DNA of 60,585 bases, counting the filler, from Sphacelaria rigidula (taxonomy: Eukaryota), in NCBI GenBank assembly GCA_964200075.2. It is 9 parts of 9 records of this genome, joined end to end, with 100 filler letters (N's around TTAATTAATTAA, not from the genome) between each part and the next. Parts side by side here need not be neighbours in the genome. Positions count along the whole stretch, not along the records: positions 6,745 to 13,387 come from CAXNAA020018868.1; positions 13,488 to 20,130 come from CAXNAA020018869.1; positions 20,231 to 26,873 come from CAXNAA020018870.1; 6 more parts are not named here. The stretch is one strand, 5' to 3'. Every line of letters begins with the position of its first letter. The stretch's first letter is position 1. The translations under genes and the position numbers were made by a program. Below, piece by piece: positions 12,100 through 25,500 of this stretch. A model generated the notes under the pieces. The model saw only the letters and a list, made by a program, of their open reading frames with translations, had not been told where the DNA came from and ran no database searches.

Positions 12100-13387
12100 A
12101 ATCACGCGCAAGGGGGTATGGGTATTGTCGCAGGTCGCAACGCGGACCGCGTTCCGCACGAGAAGAAGGAACAGCAGCAGTATCAGCAGCATCGTCATTG
12201 CCAGTACATGTACGCGGCTGGGGGTGGGTCTAAATCAGCCGTTGCCGATACTGCTGCTGCTGCTGCCGTTCTTACGCATGAGAGAAACGGTCCTCGTTTC
12301 GATCGTGCTACAACCCCCACGCACCTTGCACGTGATATCCACGGTGCTGGAAAGCGCTGGTCCGTACAACCCGTCGATAGGCCTATGCTTGGTAACTCGG
12401 TTAAGTGTTGGGAGATATAGCTGTGTGCATCTCTGTGTACGAGCTGTCCACGTCAGGTATGTCTCGCACGCGTGGCTGCTGCTGGTGATGGGAATGAAGC
12501 CAGCGTCCAGCACAGGGGAAAACAAGTGACATGTACTCGTACTGAAAATGCTACTACGGTCTGTATGGGGGTAAGAACAGATCGTAGTCTACTTTGAATA
12601 ATACTGTACTGGTAGGAGGGGGCAATAACGCGCCAGGTCATGGATATTGCCGCACGTCGAAACGCGGACCGCTTCCCGCACGAGAAGCAGCAGCAGTAGC
12701 ATGTTTATCGCCAGAAAATGTGTACGGCCAGGGGTGAATCTGAATCAGCCGGTGCCGATACTGCTGCTGCTGCTGCCACCATTTTCCTCGTGCGAGAAAC
12801 AGTGTCCGTTTCAATCGTGCTGCAACGCCTACACACCTGGCGCGTGATCGCTACCATGCCGGAAAGTGCTGGTCCGTACTGCCCGCTGATAAGTCAATGC
12901 TCTTTCACCAGGCCAAGTGCTAGAAGATTCAGCTGTGTGCATCTCTCTGTGCGAGATGTACACGTCGGGTGTGTCTCGCACGCGTAGCTACTGCTGGTGA
13001 CGGCGTTCAAAGAATATAGCCAGCGTCCAATACAGGGGAAAACGGGTGAAATGTACCTGTACTGAAATGCTACAACAGTATACTGGTACAATATAAGGGT
13101 AACTATAGGCAAACAGATCATAATCGATTTCATGTGGGGAGGGGGAAATAACGCGCCAGGTGGATGGGTATCGTCGCACGTCGAAACGCGGACTGCCTTC
13201 CGCACGAGAAGAAGAAGCAGCAGTAGCAGTAGCAGCAGCAGCATCTTTACTGCCAGTAGATGTGTACGGTTTGGGTTGGTTTTGAATCAGCTGGTACCGA
13301 TGCTGCTGCTGCTGCTGCTCTTCATCGTAGACGGTCCGCGTTTCGACCGTGCGACAACACCCACACACCTTGCGAGTGATGGCCACT
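12100..13387. repeat. Tandem array of ~523-bp units, each with an internal inverted repeat and CAG/CTG runs (third unit truncated by contig end)
   Basis: Units start at ~12100, 12624 and 13147 (AAT(A/C)ACGCGC...GTCGAAACGCGGACCG...(CAG)n...(CTG)n...CGGTCC(G)CGTTTCGA). Confidence 0.85.
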
Positions 13388-13872
13388 NNNNNNNNNNNNN
13401 NNNNNNNNNNNNNNNNNNNNNNNNNNNNNNNTTAATTAATTAANNNNNNNNNNNNNNNNNNNNNNNNNNNNNNNNNNNNNNNNNNNNGGGTGTGGTTGGT
13501 GCAATTAACACATGAAAGATACTCTCTCCGGCGACTGTGACGCTCCCGTTGTTTGCGGGGGGGGGGGGGTACTGACGCTTCGTTTTGTTAGCCAAAACGA
13601 TCTTTTATTACCTCAACACTGATAAAAATGCATGCTGTTTTCCGAAACTGTCGGAGACGTTCACAGTGAAAGCAAGTATATCCACGGCATACAGGGCGCT
13701 AATGCTAGAAACAACCATATTTACAAGAATAACGAAGGCCACTTTTAGCAGGCACGTTTTCGTGCAAAATCAATGCCGTGTAAACGTAAAATGTTGTACC
13801 AATGTCCGAGGTTTGGGCTCGGACACTTGCGCAGCAGTTGACAGTCACACAACATATGTGCAGTGTGTGTAC

Positions 13873-13905
<33 letters not shown>

Positions 13906-14072
13906 GCAACATGCATTCGCACGAACATCGCGCCAACTAGAACTGGCCCTAACTGACGTCAAATGAAGCTAACCGTTGTGCCTCGGCATCACACGCACGG
14001 TGGTCGACGATACGAAATCAAGTACTAACGATAAAGCATGTCGTATTTCTCGTACACCGAACGCTTCGATCA

Positions 14073-17000
14073 TCAGCCGTCGTTTCTCGACAGCCTGCGC
14101 AAAACCTCGTTGATCTTTTGATCCACCGCATCCACTTTTTGCGAGAGCGCGCTAACACGTTCGTTCAAGATTTCCGTCACTCTCTCTTGCACTCGGACTT
14201 CCAAGCTCTCGAAGCCCGCCACAGTTTTCGTCTCCAGCTCGCCAACTCTATCGCCCACCATGCCCTCTAGCCGATCCCTCAACAGCTTGATGTGCTCCAC
14301 GGTGGTCTCACGCGTCTCCTCGTCTCGCTGCACCACGGGGTCGTTCATCGGGTTAGCCAAGAACTCCCGCAGCTGTTGCACGCTCAACGCGCCCGGTGCC
14401 AGCTTGAGGGCCTTGCCAATAATTCCATCGTCGTACCGCTGCGCACCACTGCCGCCGATTTCGTTGTACCCGTCCGTCTGTCGACAATCTCCACGAGATG
14501 CGCGGCTTGCAAGGTAGCGCACGAGCGCGCCGCATGTGGACGCCCAAAGCCAATTGTAAAGGAGATACAGAGGCATCACAACACCGCAAAGCATCACCGC
14601 CACTTTGGTGACGATGTGCACTTCTCTCGCTCCAGGTTTCGAACGTCGGGTGAAGAGTACCATGATTGCCTTGGGCCACGACACGAGCCACAAAACACAC
14701 CCCGCTGCCACTGCAGACAGACCCGAGAAAAACCAGAACAGCGCTAGGCCTGAGTAGTACATGGCTTTCCTGTACAACCCTTTTCGGTTGGTGCATACTC
14801 CGAACACCATCGCTGGTAAAGCTACAGCTGACTGAAGGAGGTTCAACGGAGAAGGTATCATGTCGGACTCGACTGCTTCCATGTTGTGCCGTATCACCAG
14901 AGTCCTCGACACCTTGGATTCCGTTTCGATATTTTCTTTCACGTCGACGTACGCTTCGCTGAGAACAGCGATCAGCAGGTTTAGAAGAATGATGCCCATG
15001 AGGGTCAGGTACCCGACTAGCAGCGCTTTGCCGACGAGACCGTCGAAGTACTCGCCTTTCACGTTGTGACAACACTCCATGAGAAAGTCCTCACAGTGAA
15101 GCTCGTCAGACGGAGTGACGGTATCGTCACAGCAATCTACTGCCAAGGTGAAGTCGTCGAAAAGCCTCGTCTCCCCCAGCATGGCTCTCAGCAGGCTAAT
15201 AAAAGCGTCCGTGTAAGTCCTGAAGCTGTCAACCGTGCACGAATGACGGAAGAGCGCGAAAAAGCTCATTGCGAAACCCATCATCACCACCATCATGATT
15301 GTGCCGAAACGTAACAGCTCTCCCGCCAGGCTGAATATGATCTGCCAGAGCACGAGCGTTGGAGGGACAAAATAGGGAATGCGTTACCGCGTTACCCGCA
15401 GTGTCAGATTGGGCCGCAGAAAAGCATCCACGTTTTTCCGAAACGGTGGCATACGTGCTGCAGAACCAGACTACGAGCAGATCAGGCTGAAGGACAACCA
15501 ACCCAGTGCTCCTATCCCTACCAATAATCAGGCTTTGGACCTGAACCCGATGTTCACTTTAGCATCGCCAAAGACACGGAGATCTCGTTACTCGGGAAAC
15601 GCAAACCGCACAAGCGGCTCCATCATCACCTCAATCATGGGCCCTTGAGCAGGCAGAAACTGTGCAAAGAACAGTGTACGAAAAAGCAGGAGCGGGGCAC
15701 CGGTGCCGTACAAGGCTCGTCCCCACAGGTTGTCCGGGTCCGAGATCCGGACGAGGAACGCTGCTCCGCAGAGCGCTAAAGCCATCACGTCCAGCACGTT
15801 CCAGTGGTCCTTCATATATTCATCGCGACCTGCCCATAGCTCGTTCAACTCGATGACGATAGCCCCCTGGAACATGACACACGGGAGAATGAAGCCGTGA
15901 GGAAATGCAGCGGGTGGCTTTTTCAGTGCTCTAGGCCGTAGGCATATATATATATACATATTTCTTCATTAGCTTTTGCCCGGCCTCTTTCTACAAGTGA
16001 GAACAGTGACTGCAGAAAAAAATGACGACAACGTCGGGACTACAACGGGCAAGAGTCCGTCATCGTAGTGATCGAACGCCACGGCACACCTACCAACTCA
16101 CCAGGACGTACACGAAGAAGATGACCTCCCACACCCCGACCGCACCGTGGTACAGGAGAACATGCTTCCCGAAAATAGCGAGCATCAAGACGTAGACGAT
16201 GAGATACATCCCCATCCGAACGGCTGGCACGGCGTAGCAGAAGGCGGGCCTCGTAACCACTTGTGCCAGGATAAACTGCGCTCCGGGATAAAACGTCAAG
16301 CTCCCAAAAGTTGGGTCGGGTCCCGCCAACACGGACAGTAGCTGTTTCGATAGCTCGGGACGGGTTTCGTTCGTCTCTTGCAAGGACAGAGGTTCGCGCA
16401 GGGAATTCTTGACTTCGTCTGCGTATCGCAACTCCTCTTCGGTCGCCTCAAGGCCCGGCAAGCCCATGGCGAACCTACGGGACATGAAATCCAGCACAAG
16501 TGGCTGCGTGCAGAAGACCTCCAGCTGCGGCCTGTCAATACGGGAGGCGACAAAATTTCGGAACGTACTCAGACCGACGGTGGGCCGGGAAACCGGGAGT
16601 TCTCTGCCTCGGGGGTTCTTAACCCTTGGGGAACTAGACCCTCAGCAAGTGCTGATCTTTCTTTTCGTGAATCATCATTTTCAGTCATTTTCGAGTAAAG
16701 ATGATGCCGATTGACAAAGATCCACGAAGCAAGAGTCAGCCCTTTAGTTCCCAAAGGGTTAAGCTACGCCCTGCTCAACATGATAACTGTTCACCACGAG
16801 CGGTTCTTCAAACAATAGGGTGCTGTTAGAAACATGCAGCGATTCTTAGAATACGTTCGTTGAAGATGCGTCCCACAAAACGCGACGTCACACATGTCCT
16901 ATTTTCGCACCCCCCTCAACCGGTGCACGACTCGCCTGGACTGCAACGCGATTTCCAGAGGGCCCATTTTTACGCGGCTCCCGCCAGTGTTTCCGTCGTG

Positions 17001-19459
17001 GAATTGGCGTGGATGATGGAAGCCCCGTCGAATCTTCTCCGGCTCGAAAATGATCGAGCATGCCTGCAATATCACGGCAAAATTAGATGGACGGTCGACA
17101 CGAACGGAAGACCAGGAAGAGGGCGTAGTTGACAGGAAACGCGGTCAACCTGGTTCGACGTCGAAGTTTCTACTTCACGTCGCAGCGCGTCACTTCAAAA
17201 CCGCCAGAGGGCGCTGGGATCCTCTGAAAGGGGAGAACAAATCATTTCCAAGTGGAGAACGTACTCTTAATTTTCCATCTATTCGGGCACAGGGCGAGGG
17301 CGCCACCGTGTTGCCAAGATAGGTATTTTTCAACATGTATTCCTGTGCACCATAAAAAGCATTGTTAGGCCGTGATTCAAAATCCATGCCTAAGATGAGG
17401 CACACCTCATGCAGCCAGAAGTGAGATCCCTGAGGCCCGCAAAGACGGTGAAACACCGGTATGTTTACATCCGCCGTGAATATATCCTGCTGTTAATAAT
17501 CTCCCTGCAAGGGTGCGTGGAAATCTTCGTACCAGCTCCGCAACGCACCGTCATTACTTCAACAGCGCGTGCACTGTTCTTTTACGTTACTTGTTTCACC
17601 ACTCGCCTCCATACCCCCAAGAGCATCGTCGTCTTCTGACTCGAGACCATCCACGGTGTGCGGCAGTCTCTCAAAAACCTCGAGCACAAGATCTTCCACC
17701 TCCTTCTGTAGGCGCGCCGAGATCTGCCGAAGCCCCTCGTTGCCCAAGCCAGCCGCCCCCTCCAGTTGGAGGGACAACGTCATTCCGACCGCAAGAGGGT
17801 TTATGGCCCAGCATATAGCATCCTGAAATACAGATCGAGTCAGATCCAGTACGGGGAAAACAACGCCACCAAGCACGTCGTGCTACACATGTCACTCGTA
17901 CAATTCAACTGCGGGAATCAGGGTCCAACCGCCAAGCTACACATGTCTACCTGCTTTATGAATTCCAGAGAGGGATACGTGACACACATGACACATTTGA
18001 AAAAAACGAGGAAAACGTCACTTTGGGCCATGTAACGCTGCGTAAGGTTTGATTTTTTGGACGGGACAAATTAAACGTAACGTGATGTTACATGTGGACC
18101 TTGAAGCAGTGTCTCTTGGTGTTTTCCAGACGTAAACAACGGCTGTTTTTGTGAGTTTTTAACGTGACACGTGACACGTTACATATTCACGGAAACAAGC
18201 AGAGTTTCCGTCACATTTGAAAAGTGAAACGCAATGTTAGGGTTCATGCGAAGGACCACACGTTACATCACGTTACGTTAAATATGTCCCATCCAAAAAA
18301 TCAAATTTTACGTAGCGTTAAATGACCCAAAGTTACGTGTTTTCGAATGTGCCACGTTAAAACGTCAGGTGTCACGTATCCCTCCCTGATAAATTCACAT
18401 GCGAAAATCAGGTCCACGCGTGCAGGTATCGTTCTGACGTCGCCAAAGAGCAATCATGAGGCGTAGCCCTGACCCCTTCAAACTCAAGTATTGTTACGAC
18501 CAGCGTTACGCCAATCGCGAGCGAGCACGAGTGAATTCCACATTTCATGTACAATGTCGCACCAGCAAACACTTCCTCGTAGGCTCGAATCCCGCCTCGC
18601 TTCCCATAAGGGAGAGCTGTTTCGGTGTGGGCCAAGCGCCGTGCTTGAGTAGACACGAGACCACGCTGAGGGCCTTGTTCATCCCATCTTGATAGGCAGA
18701 TGCCATGAACACTCGAGATATCGCGATCTTCAGCGAGTCTTCGAGTAACGGATTCACCTGGGTGGAGAACACACGTTGATGGCATGAAACTAGTGATTTG
18801 TTGTCATTATCAAGCAAACCCAGTGCAGGTTTAACGGCGCCAAGCCTGCCAAGTTACGCATGCGCATCGTGCAGTCATATAGCGGGGAGTAGGTCGTTGC
18901 TCATGCGGGCAGGTTCTTCGTTGGAGTCGCCAGCGAGCGTTGACAAGGCGTTGTGGCGTGCGATGCACAGGAGTTCGAATTAGCGTTCGGCACAGCTCAG
19001 GCAAGTAAGTACACGCGTATTATATTATTATATCCATTTTTGCATCGTTGCAACAGACATCGCGATCAACACGGCCCTAAACCAACGTGACCTTCTAGTT
19101 GCAAGTGTATAATATACAGAGAGCCGTCTGGAGTACACAACACAATATTTACAGCGCCACAAGACGAACGTTTCCCCTGCAAAAGGAGCCGTACACAGGT
19201 ACCGCACCAAAACAAATCCTCGAATCGCGATCACAACGCCTGAATGATATTATATGGACGCCAACGGTTTCGCTCGGAGCACTCCAAGATGGATGACACA
19301 TGGATGACATAGACGTCATGGTTCCCTCACCTTCTGGGCAGGGACTATCCGCTCGATGAGCGCCACCACGGCATCCACGACCTCCGTTCGCCCAGTCGCG
19401 ACTGCAAAAGTCAGAGGTGTCCATCCACGACGATCGACGGCGGTGACTACCGCAATTTC
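14073..19459 (-). CDS. Ankyrin-repeat TRP-type cation channel, 5'-partial, 7 exons
   Basis: Exons 19459-19331 (ankyrin repeat DRRGWTPLTFAVATGRTEVV), 18757-18563, 17822-17607, 17063-16936, 16531-16102, 15866-15630 and 15341-14073 (stop TGA); all phases join into one ORF. TRP hallmarks: WNVLDV (S3), GPMIEII after S4, S5-pore (LLRAMLGE)-S6 ending ILLNLLIAVLS, IPSPLNLL after the TRP helix, C-terminal coiled coil. Confidence 0.88.
17966..18388. mobile_element. hAT-type foldback MITE in a TRP gene intron
   Basis: TIR CAGAGAGGGATACGTGACAC / GTGTCACGTATCCCTCCCTG with extended inverted arms; 8-bp flanks ATGAATTC / ATAAATTC (7/8 identical). Confidence 0.75.
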
Positions 19460-20783
19460 CTAGACACGCAACCAACACACCATGGCCAATACAAGAGTAA
19501 GAACCGGTCAAAAACGCACCCATTGGTGTGGCGTACGCGGCGAAAGCGATGCAGTGCATCAGTGCTTCACTTGCAAATAATGAAACAGTCTCCCCAAAAC
19601 GCGAACGGACAAAAACCGGGCAATTTCCAACATCCATGTCGTCATTCACCCAGCTCCTGTCCTCAATTGGTCAAACAAGCAAGGGCAGGTCGGGTGGGGT
19701 ATACCCGATACTTCCTCTGTGTCATGAGTCTGTGCAATTATGGACGTTTGATTGTTTGGGTATTTCAACGCTGACGATCATTCCTATAGCAGGGTTCGTT
19801 AGAGAGGTGACGCGCAGACGAAGCTGACTCAAAAAAAAAAATCAATACTAATTTCAAGTCAAAATATACCCCAATGTTGACCGATTTTGGACGTTTTTAC
19901 GTCGAGCACAAGCGATCACATGCTGAAAAATTGTCAGATGGGGCGTGCGTATGTTGACGTCACGGAGATATCCGAATCAGTGACGGTTTCGCGGTTTTCA
20001 CATTTTTTTTCCACGATTTTTTGCGATTTTCGGGTCTGCTGTGCTTCAGTGGGAAAAAAAGCGACATGACCAAATTTTCAGGGTACTCCTCGGTAATTTA
20101 CCGCCAACAGACGGTAATTTTTTATTTCCTNNNNNNNNNNNNNNNNNNNNNNNNNNNNNNNNNNNNNNNNNNNNTTAATTAATTAANNNNNNNNNNNNNN
20201 NNNNNNNNNNNNNNNNNNNNNNNNNNNNNNTCGTACACAACGTGGCGCACCCCGCACCTACAACGTCCCTCCGAAGCATGTCCCCCCCCTGCCGACAAGA
20301 GCCCGACCCCCCCCCCCCCCCCCCCCCGGACTGTCGCATTCATGATATTATATCTTTTAGTGTTCATTCATCGGGTACAAATGCCACAACCCGTGGACGG
20401 TCGAGCATTATTGAAGCCGAATCCCAACGCCCCCAACTCTCCCAGATTCCGCCCTTCTTCCCTTGCTTTGCACACCTCTCTGTACAGTTTAAACAATAAG
20501 GTGCTCATACACTCACCACCGCTTGTGCAGGGGTGCAGGGAGTGAGAGTAAAACTATCGGCGTCGATAGCCGTGGCAGTTCAAGACCAATACACCCGTGG
20601 TGAGATACACGTAAAGGGCGCCGCCCGACGGCCAATAAATGCTTTGGTTTTTCGGACATTGCAAGCCGACCGAAATCCCGGTATCGTTTGTGTTGGCCAT
20701 GAGGACATCACCCTACGGGCAACTCACTCGGCATGGCACTGCAGTGTTCAAGAACCGAGTAGAATCTCCACACGAATGTGCTA

Positions 20784-21017
20784 CCGTAGGGGTGCACAAA
20801 TATTTTCTGGGAATAGAATTGTTATGAGCCGTTTATCTCATCCAAAACACGACTTATGAATTATGTGGGAGTACGGCAGGATAACTATTCCAATGTGCTA
20901 GGGATATCCCGAATGAATTCACAAACGGGAATGTCCTGACCCACATTCTTGTGCATCTAGGATCGTTAGGAGCCCCTGAACCAGACAAGACTGGGCGCAA
21001 AAAGTGCACCCCTACCG
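20784..21017. mobile_element. Small Tc1/mariner-type MITE
   Basis: TA|CCGTAGGGGTGCAC ... GTGCACCCCTACCG|TA. Confidence 0.6.
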
Positions 21018-22261
21018 TAGCATCGCTCACACATCCAAGTCTACGCGATGTCGAAATCTCCTGCGTTGCTATACTGGTTAATATTTAAAGACTGGAACGC
21101 TGCCCTCTGAGAGTTCTTGCTCTCTTTTTGTTGTGACTCCGCGACGAGTATGTCATCCACTCTTCCTTCCGAATCTTATCCCCAGAATGTAGTTTTTGGC
21201 GTGAAGCCACGACCAAGTCTGCCCCCATCCACTCCACATCTAGCGCCAACTTCCGCTTCCTGCTGGTGGTGCCGACCCCTACTACGCCACAACTTCCTGT
21301 AGCCTTACAATTTTCCGTGAGCTTACCCTCCGCAAATCCTCCGATACTCCAATCCGAAGCGTTGCAGCGAACTTTGCAGCACCGTTGTTGACTACATAGT
21401 TGAACATGGTTTTACATTTTCATACGTACTGTCGCAGGTGACCACCAGCGCACCTGAACCTCGTTTTTACCGCCGATCGTCGCTCGTACGTGAATAGCCC
21501 CTGTTACGATCAGACGGTATAGTGGTGGAGTTCTCAGCATTTGGCATCGCTACTGACTTACAGGAAGGCGATATGTCTTGTGATCTCGAACAAGCATCCA
21601 GTTGAGTCAAATCATGCGCATACAAATACGTGATGATTAATATATACCATGTTGACTATGCTGGAACGTGTTTCAAATACACCATCTGATTGTGCACTGA
21701 AATCCATTCTTATATTATCATGACGACATGGTTCGGGAATCCGTACTACTGTTATGTCTTACCGTGTTCAGCAACCAACCAGCTGAAGCATAGCAAGAAG
21801 GAATGCGTCTAACGCAGTACAGTTCACATGAAACGGTAAGGACTTTGATCACAGCTTCAGAAGCGATTCAGTTTCTCTTTCGTGGTGGTGGTTTTGATAG
21901 CCTCATCAACAGATTCACATAAGCTCTTAGCTCGTTCTCATGCTCATCGTTAAGAGAATGAAAACCAAGGGTCGTGCCGGGTAATGAAACCACGGCGCGC
22001 ACGGAGACCGTTACAACGGACACCGCTTCCTCTCCTCTAGTCGGAATACCCGTAGGTCACATCAACTAGCCCTCCGAGCCCGTCAGTCGAATAGCTGGGC
22101 TCATCCTCGTACTACCCTCCTACCGTTACGCCGCGATCCGTAACACCCCCCTCAGGCCTAGGGTTGAAAAACCCTGGGACTGAACGTGCTTCAACGATGG
22201 ATTGCCGCGTCACCATGGTCAGCGTTGCTTCGTATAGCCGTCGATCTTGGAAGCCGTTCTG

Positions 22262-22525
22262 CCGGGTTAGACCACCTAGGGAATTTAAACACCATACAGA
22301 AACGATTCCATCCAGTCCGGAGAAGTTCTTGATCATATTGATCGCTCCGCCGGGTTTGACCACGTAGGGAATTCAAACACTGTACAGAAACGATCCCATC
22401 CAGCCCGGAGAAGTTCTTGATCTTGTTGACCGCTCCGCCGGGTTTGACCACGTTGGGAATTCAAACACCGTACAGAAACGATCCCATCCAGTCCGGAGAA
22501 GTTCTTGATCTTGTTGACCGCTCTG
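22262..22525. repeat. Three 88-bp tandem repeats in the 3' non-coding region of the Gypsy element
   Basis: Units start at 22262, 22350 and 22438 (CCGGGTTTGACCACGTAGGGAATTCAAACAC...GGAGAAGTTCTTGATCTTGTTGACCGCTCCG). Confidence 0.9.
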
Positions 22526-22529
22526 GGCT

Positions 22530-25500
22530 GTCCGTAAACCGTTTACGGATCTTGGTACCTCGAGGAATCTGCCGCGCAATTGAGTTCCTTCCTGCATTTT
22601 GACCTCAAGATTGAGACCTGGTATCACCACCTGCTGCACCGTCCCCGGCCCACTCCACAAGTCGTGTACTAATTTGGCCGGTACATCTTCGTTCAGAAGG
22701 GAGCTGTCAGACTCTTTGACTAGCATCATATCTTATACCTTAGCTCGCGATCCTGCTGACTGACGAATCATTTCGGCATTTCGAGCTAAGCTCACCTCTT
22801 CCCTACGCCGGTGGCGTTGGGTTAACAGCTCATGAACGTCCTTCAATTTTGTCGCTGTTGCTTTACCGTGTTATTCAACGGTAGTGATTCTGCTTCAGGT
22901 GACACAGAGTCGACTTGGGTGCGAGGCTCGCGCTCAAAAGCAGCATTCATCGCGTTGGGTTACGCGGCAGTAACTGGTCGGAAGTAGTATGATGAATCCA
23001 TACAGCAGGATCCACATACTCGTCCCACCATTCTAGCCACTGCTTACATAGCACGGCTAAAACGCCATGCAACCACTCTCCGTATCTTTCCACCACGCCC
23101 TGATCGCGAGTGTGATCAGCGGGACCATGATCCAGTTTCACCTTCATCCACATGGCATACATGGTTTACTACTTCCGAAGTGAACTCCCCTCCAGCGTCA
23201 CTTCAAAGGAAATAGGGCGTTTCGAGCGTCAAGAACAGTTTCAGCAGACCCTTAACTACGTGCTCAGTAACCTTGGCTGCTAGTGGGAGAGCAAAGAGAA
23301 CTTGGTCGCTCGATCCATAACAACCAACAAGTACCTATTACTAGAAGTAGAAATCTGCTTCATGTCCGATATGTCCATGTACATCATCTCCCGGAACTGC
23401 AAGAAGCGGGCGGGTCGCATTGTTATGGTGTGACTATTGGTACGTTTGCGTCGGCGGCATCCACAAGACAGCACGCATTTGCGAGTGTCGGCGAAAAAAC
23501 CGGGTCATTCACAGCGTGCGTTGACCACTACTGTCATTTTCATCACTCCGGCGTGCCTATGCGTAGCGTGCACCAACGTGAGCAGGCCAGGTACTAGACG
23601 GCGTGGAATAGCTAACTTACCTGGCGCCCTAGGTGAGGTATGCCATAGAAGATCATCATCATTTTGAACGTACGCTCCCTGTCTCTTGCCCGTTCCTTCG
23701 TCCTTATTCTCCTACATTAACCTACCCCTGATGGGCCCAAGCCGGAGGTCCCGCTCTTTCAGCAAAACTAGTTGCGGTTTGTTCATCAGAATCGCTCTCG
23801 CCTGCTCGAGAACGGTCTGAGGGCTACCTTTACCTGGTATCCGTGGCTCCTCAGTTGAAGCCTCCCCCCCACTAGGGTCTTGGTCTGACTTCCGCTTTGC
23901 TTCTTCAACCGACGAACAAGATACCGCGGCTCCCCAAGCCTCTGGTAACTCTGCTTCGTCACGAGGCCACATCGTAGCGAACGCGCTCAAATCCTCATCC
24001 TCACCCTGGACATGAGTCAGGCTAAACAAACCTTCCGCTTCCATTTGATAGAACCGCCTTCGTCGTCCACGGGGGTGAACGAAATTAGCCACAATCTCTG
24101 GCATAGCGTCGTTATTTACCCTGGTGGTGTCTCGTAACAGTCGAGAGTAGTCGCAACTTTAACGAAATCGTCTCTTTCCAGCTCTACTGCTTCTTCCTAT
24201 CCATCTTCTTCCGCCCCATGGGGTCTGAATTCCTCGCGCCTTGGTTTCCCTTTCGTCAGCTGAGAACGAGATAATCTGGGCATCGGATTCTCGGAAATGT
24301 GAATCGCCTTGCCTTGTCCTGTTGGGACCATAAAAATAAATACCTGTCCACCCTAATCGCTAACCCAACGTGGGGCAGGCAACGGTGTACGCTTCCACCC
24401 GCTGCTTCCACGCTCGCAGTTGCCCTTTCCTCCGACGATCAGCTTTCAAGGCGACCACCACATAGGTCCGTCTCTTCCGATACGGTGCGCCCACCGGCAC
24501 GGCTGAGACTGAGGCCTGCTCAGTGAGACATCCAGCTCCGCTTCACACGGGGCAACGAGCTCGTTCCCACCAGGAGAGCGCACCATCACAGCAGTACTCT
24601 CCAAGATCAGCGTTGTCACAGAGGTTGGTGAGGGGAATGACTTGACCAATTCTTTGGCGACGCTGGATAATGCGAACTTCGGCTCGGCCCATTCGATTGG
24701 TGCAACCCGGCGTGTATCCCCTACCAACACTTCTGGTTGCATTTCTTCCACAAGTTTGTGGAAAGAACCGCGCCTCGGACTCATACGTACCAGCCTGATT
24801 CCCTTTCTAATCTGGTCTACTCCAACACAATCCAACGCCTTCCAGTCCGCATCAGCGTATCACTTCCACGAACTCCTTAGCTGCCAAACTACTTCCTCCA
24901 CCTCCAACTGGAAGAATCCATTCGCTAAATCAGCACTCATAGAGTACTTGGATTCTCCTAGCCCACTATACATGGTCTGCATATCCCTCAAACTGCCGCT
25001 GTATGACTTCAGTAGTTGGTGCAGTTCACGATAATCTTGACATAGTCGTAAACTACCGTCCGTCGTTCTTTCGAACCGTGACGCAGGCGGCTGCCCATGC
25101 TAGCGTCGATCGCACGTAGCCCGGGACTAGCTTGCTAGCGAATCCTTCTGAGCTTACGTCCTCCGTTGGATGCAGCAGCCACTGCAGCGTAGCATCGTCC
25201 TCACACGCCACTCCAAGGATTTTCCACACCTCATTCGATGCTGCCAGTTCGCTCCGACCAGACAACCTCCCCGTCAAGTCGTCATCGCACGCGCTTGGCT
25301 TGACAGCACGGAAGAGGTCCAATGTTGCCGAATCTTCTTGGCTGGTGAGGTGGTCGGTGTCAACAGCTCCGAGTTTTGGGGGACTGTTAGACGCGAACCG
25401 TATTCACGGTGCCTCGGGCAAAGGCCGAAACCTCGGTCGCCCCCCGAAAGCTAGCGTGCTCTTGTTTCTCTTGAAGGAACTCGCTTCCGAAATAAATTCA

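Noticed and set aside
14260..15314. Several long overlapping ORFs in other frames or the opposite strand of the TRP exon
   Set aside because: GC-rich shadow ORFs of a real coding exon, with no recognisable motifs.
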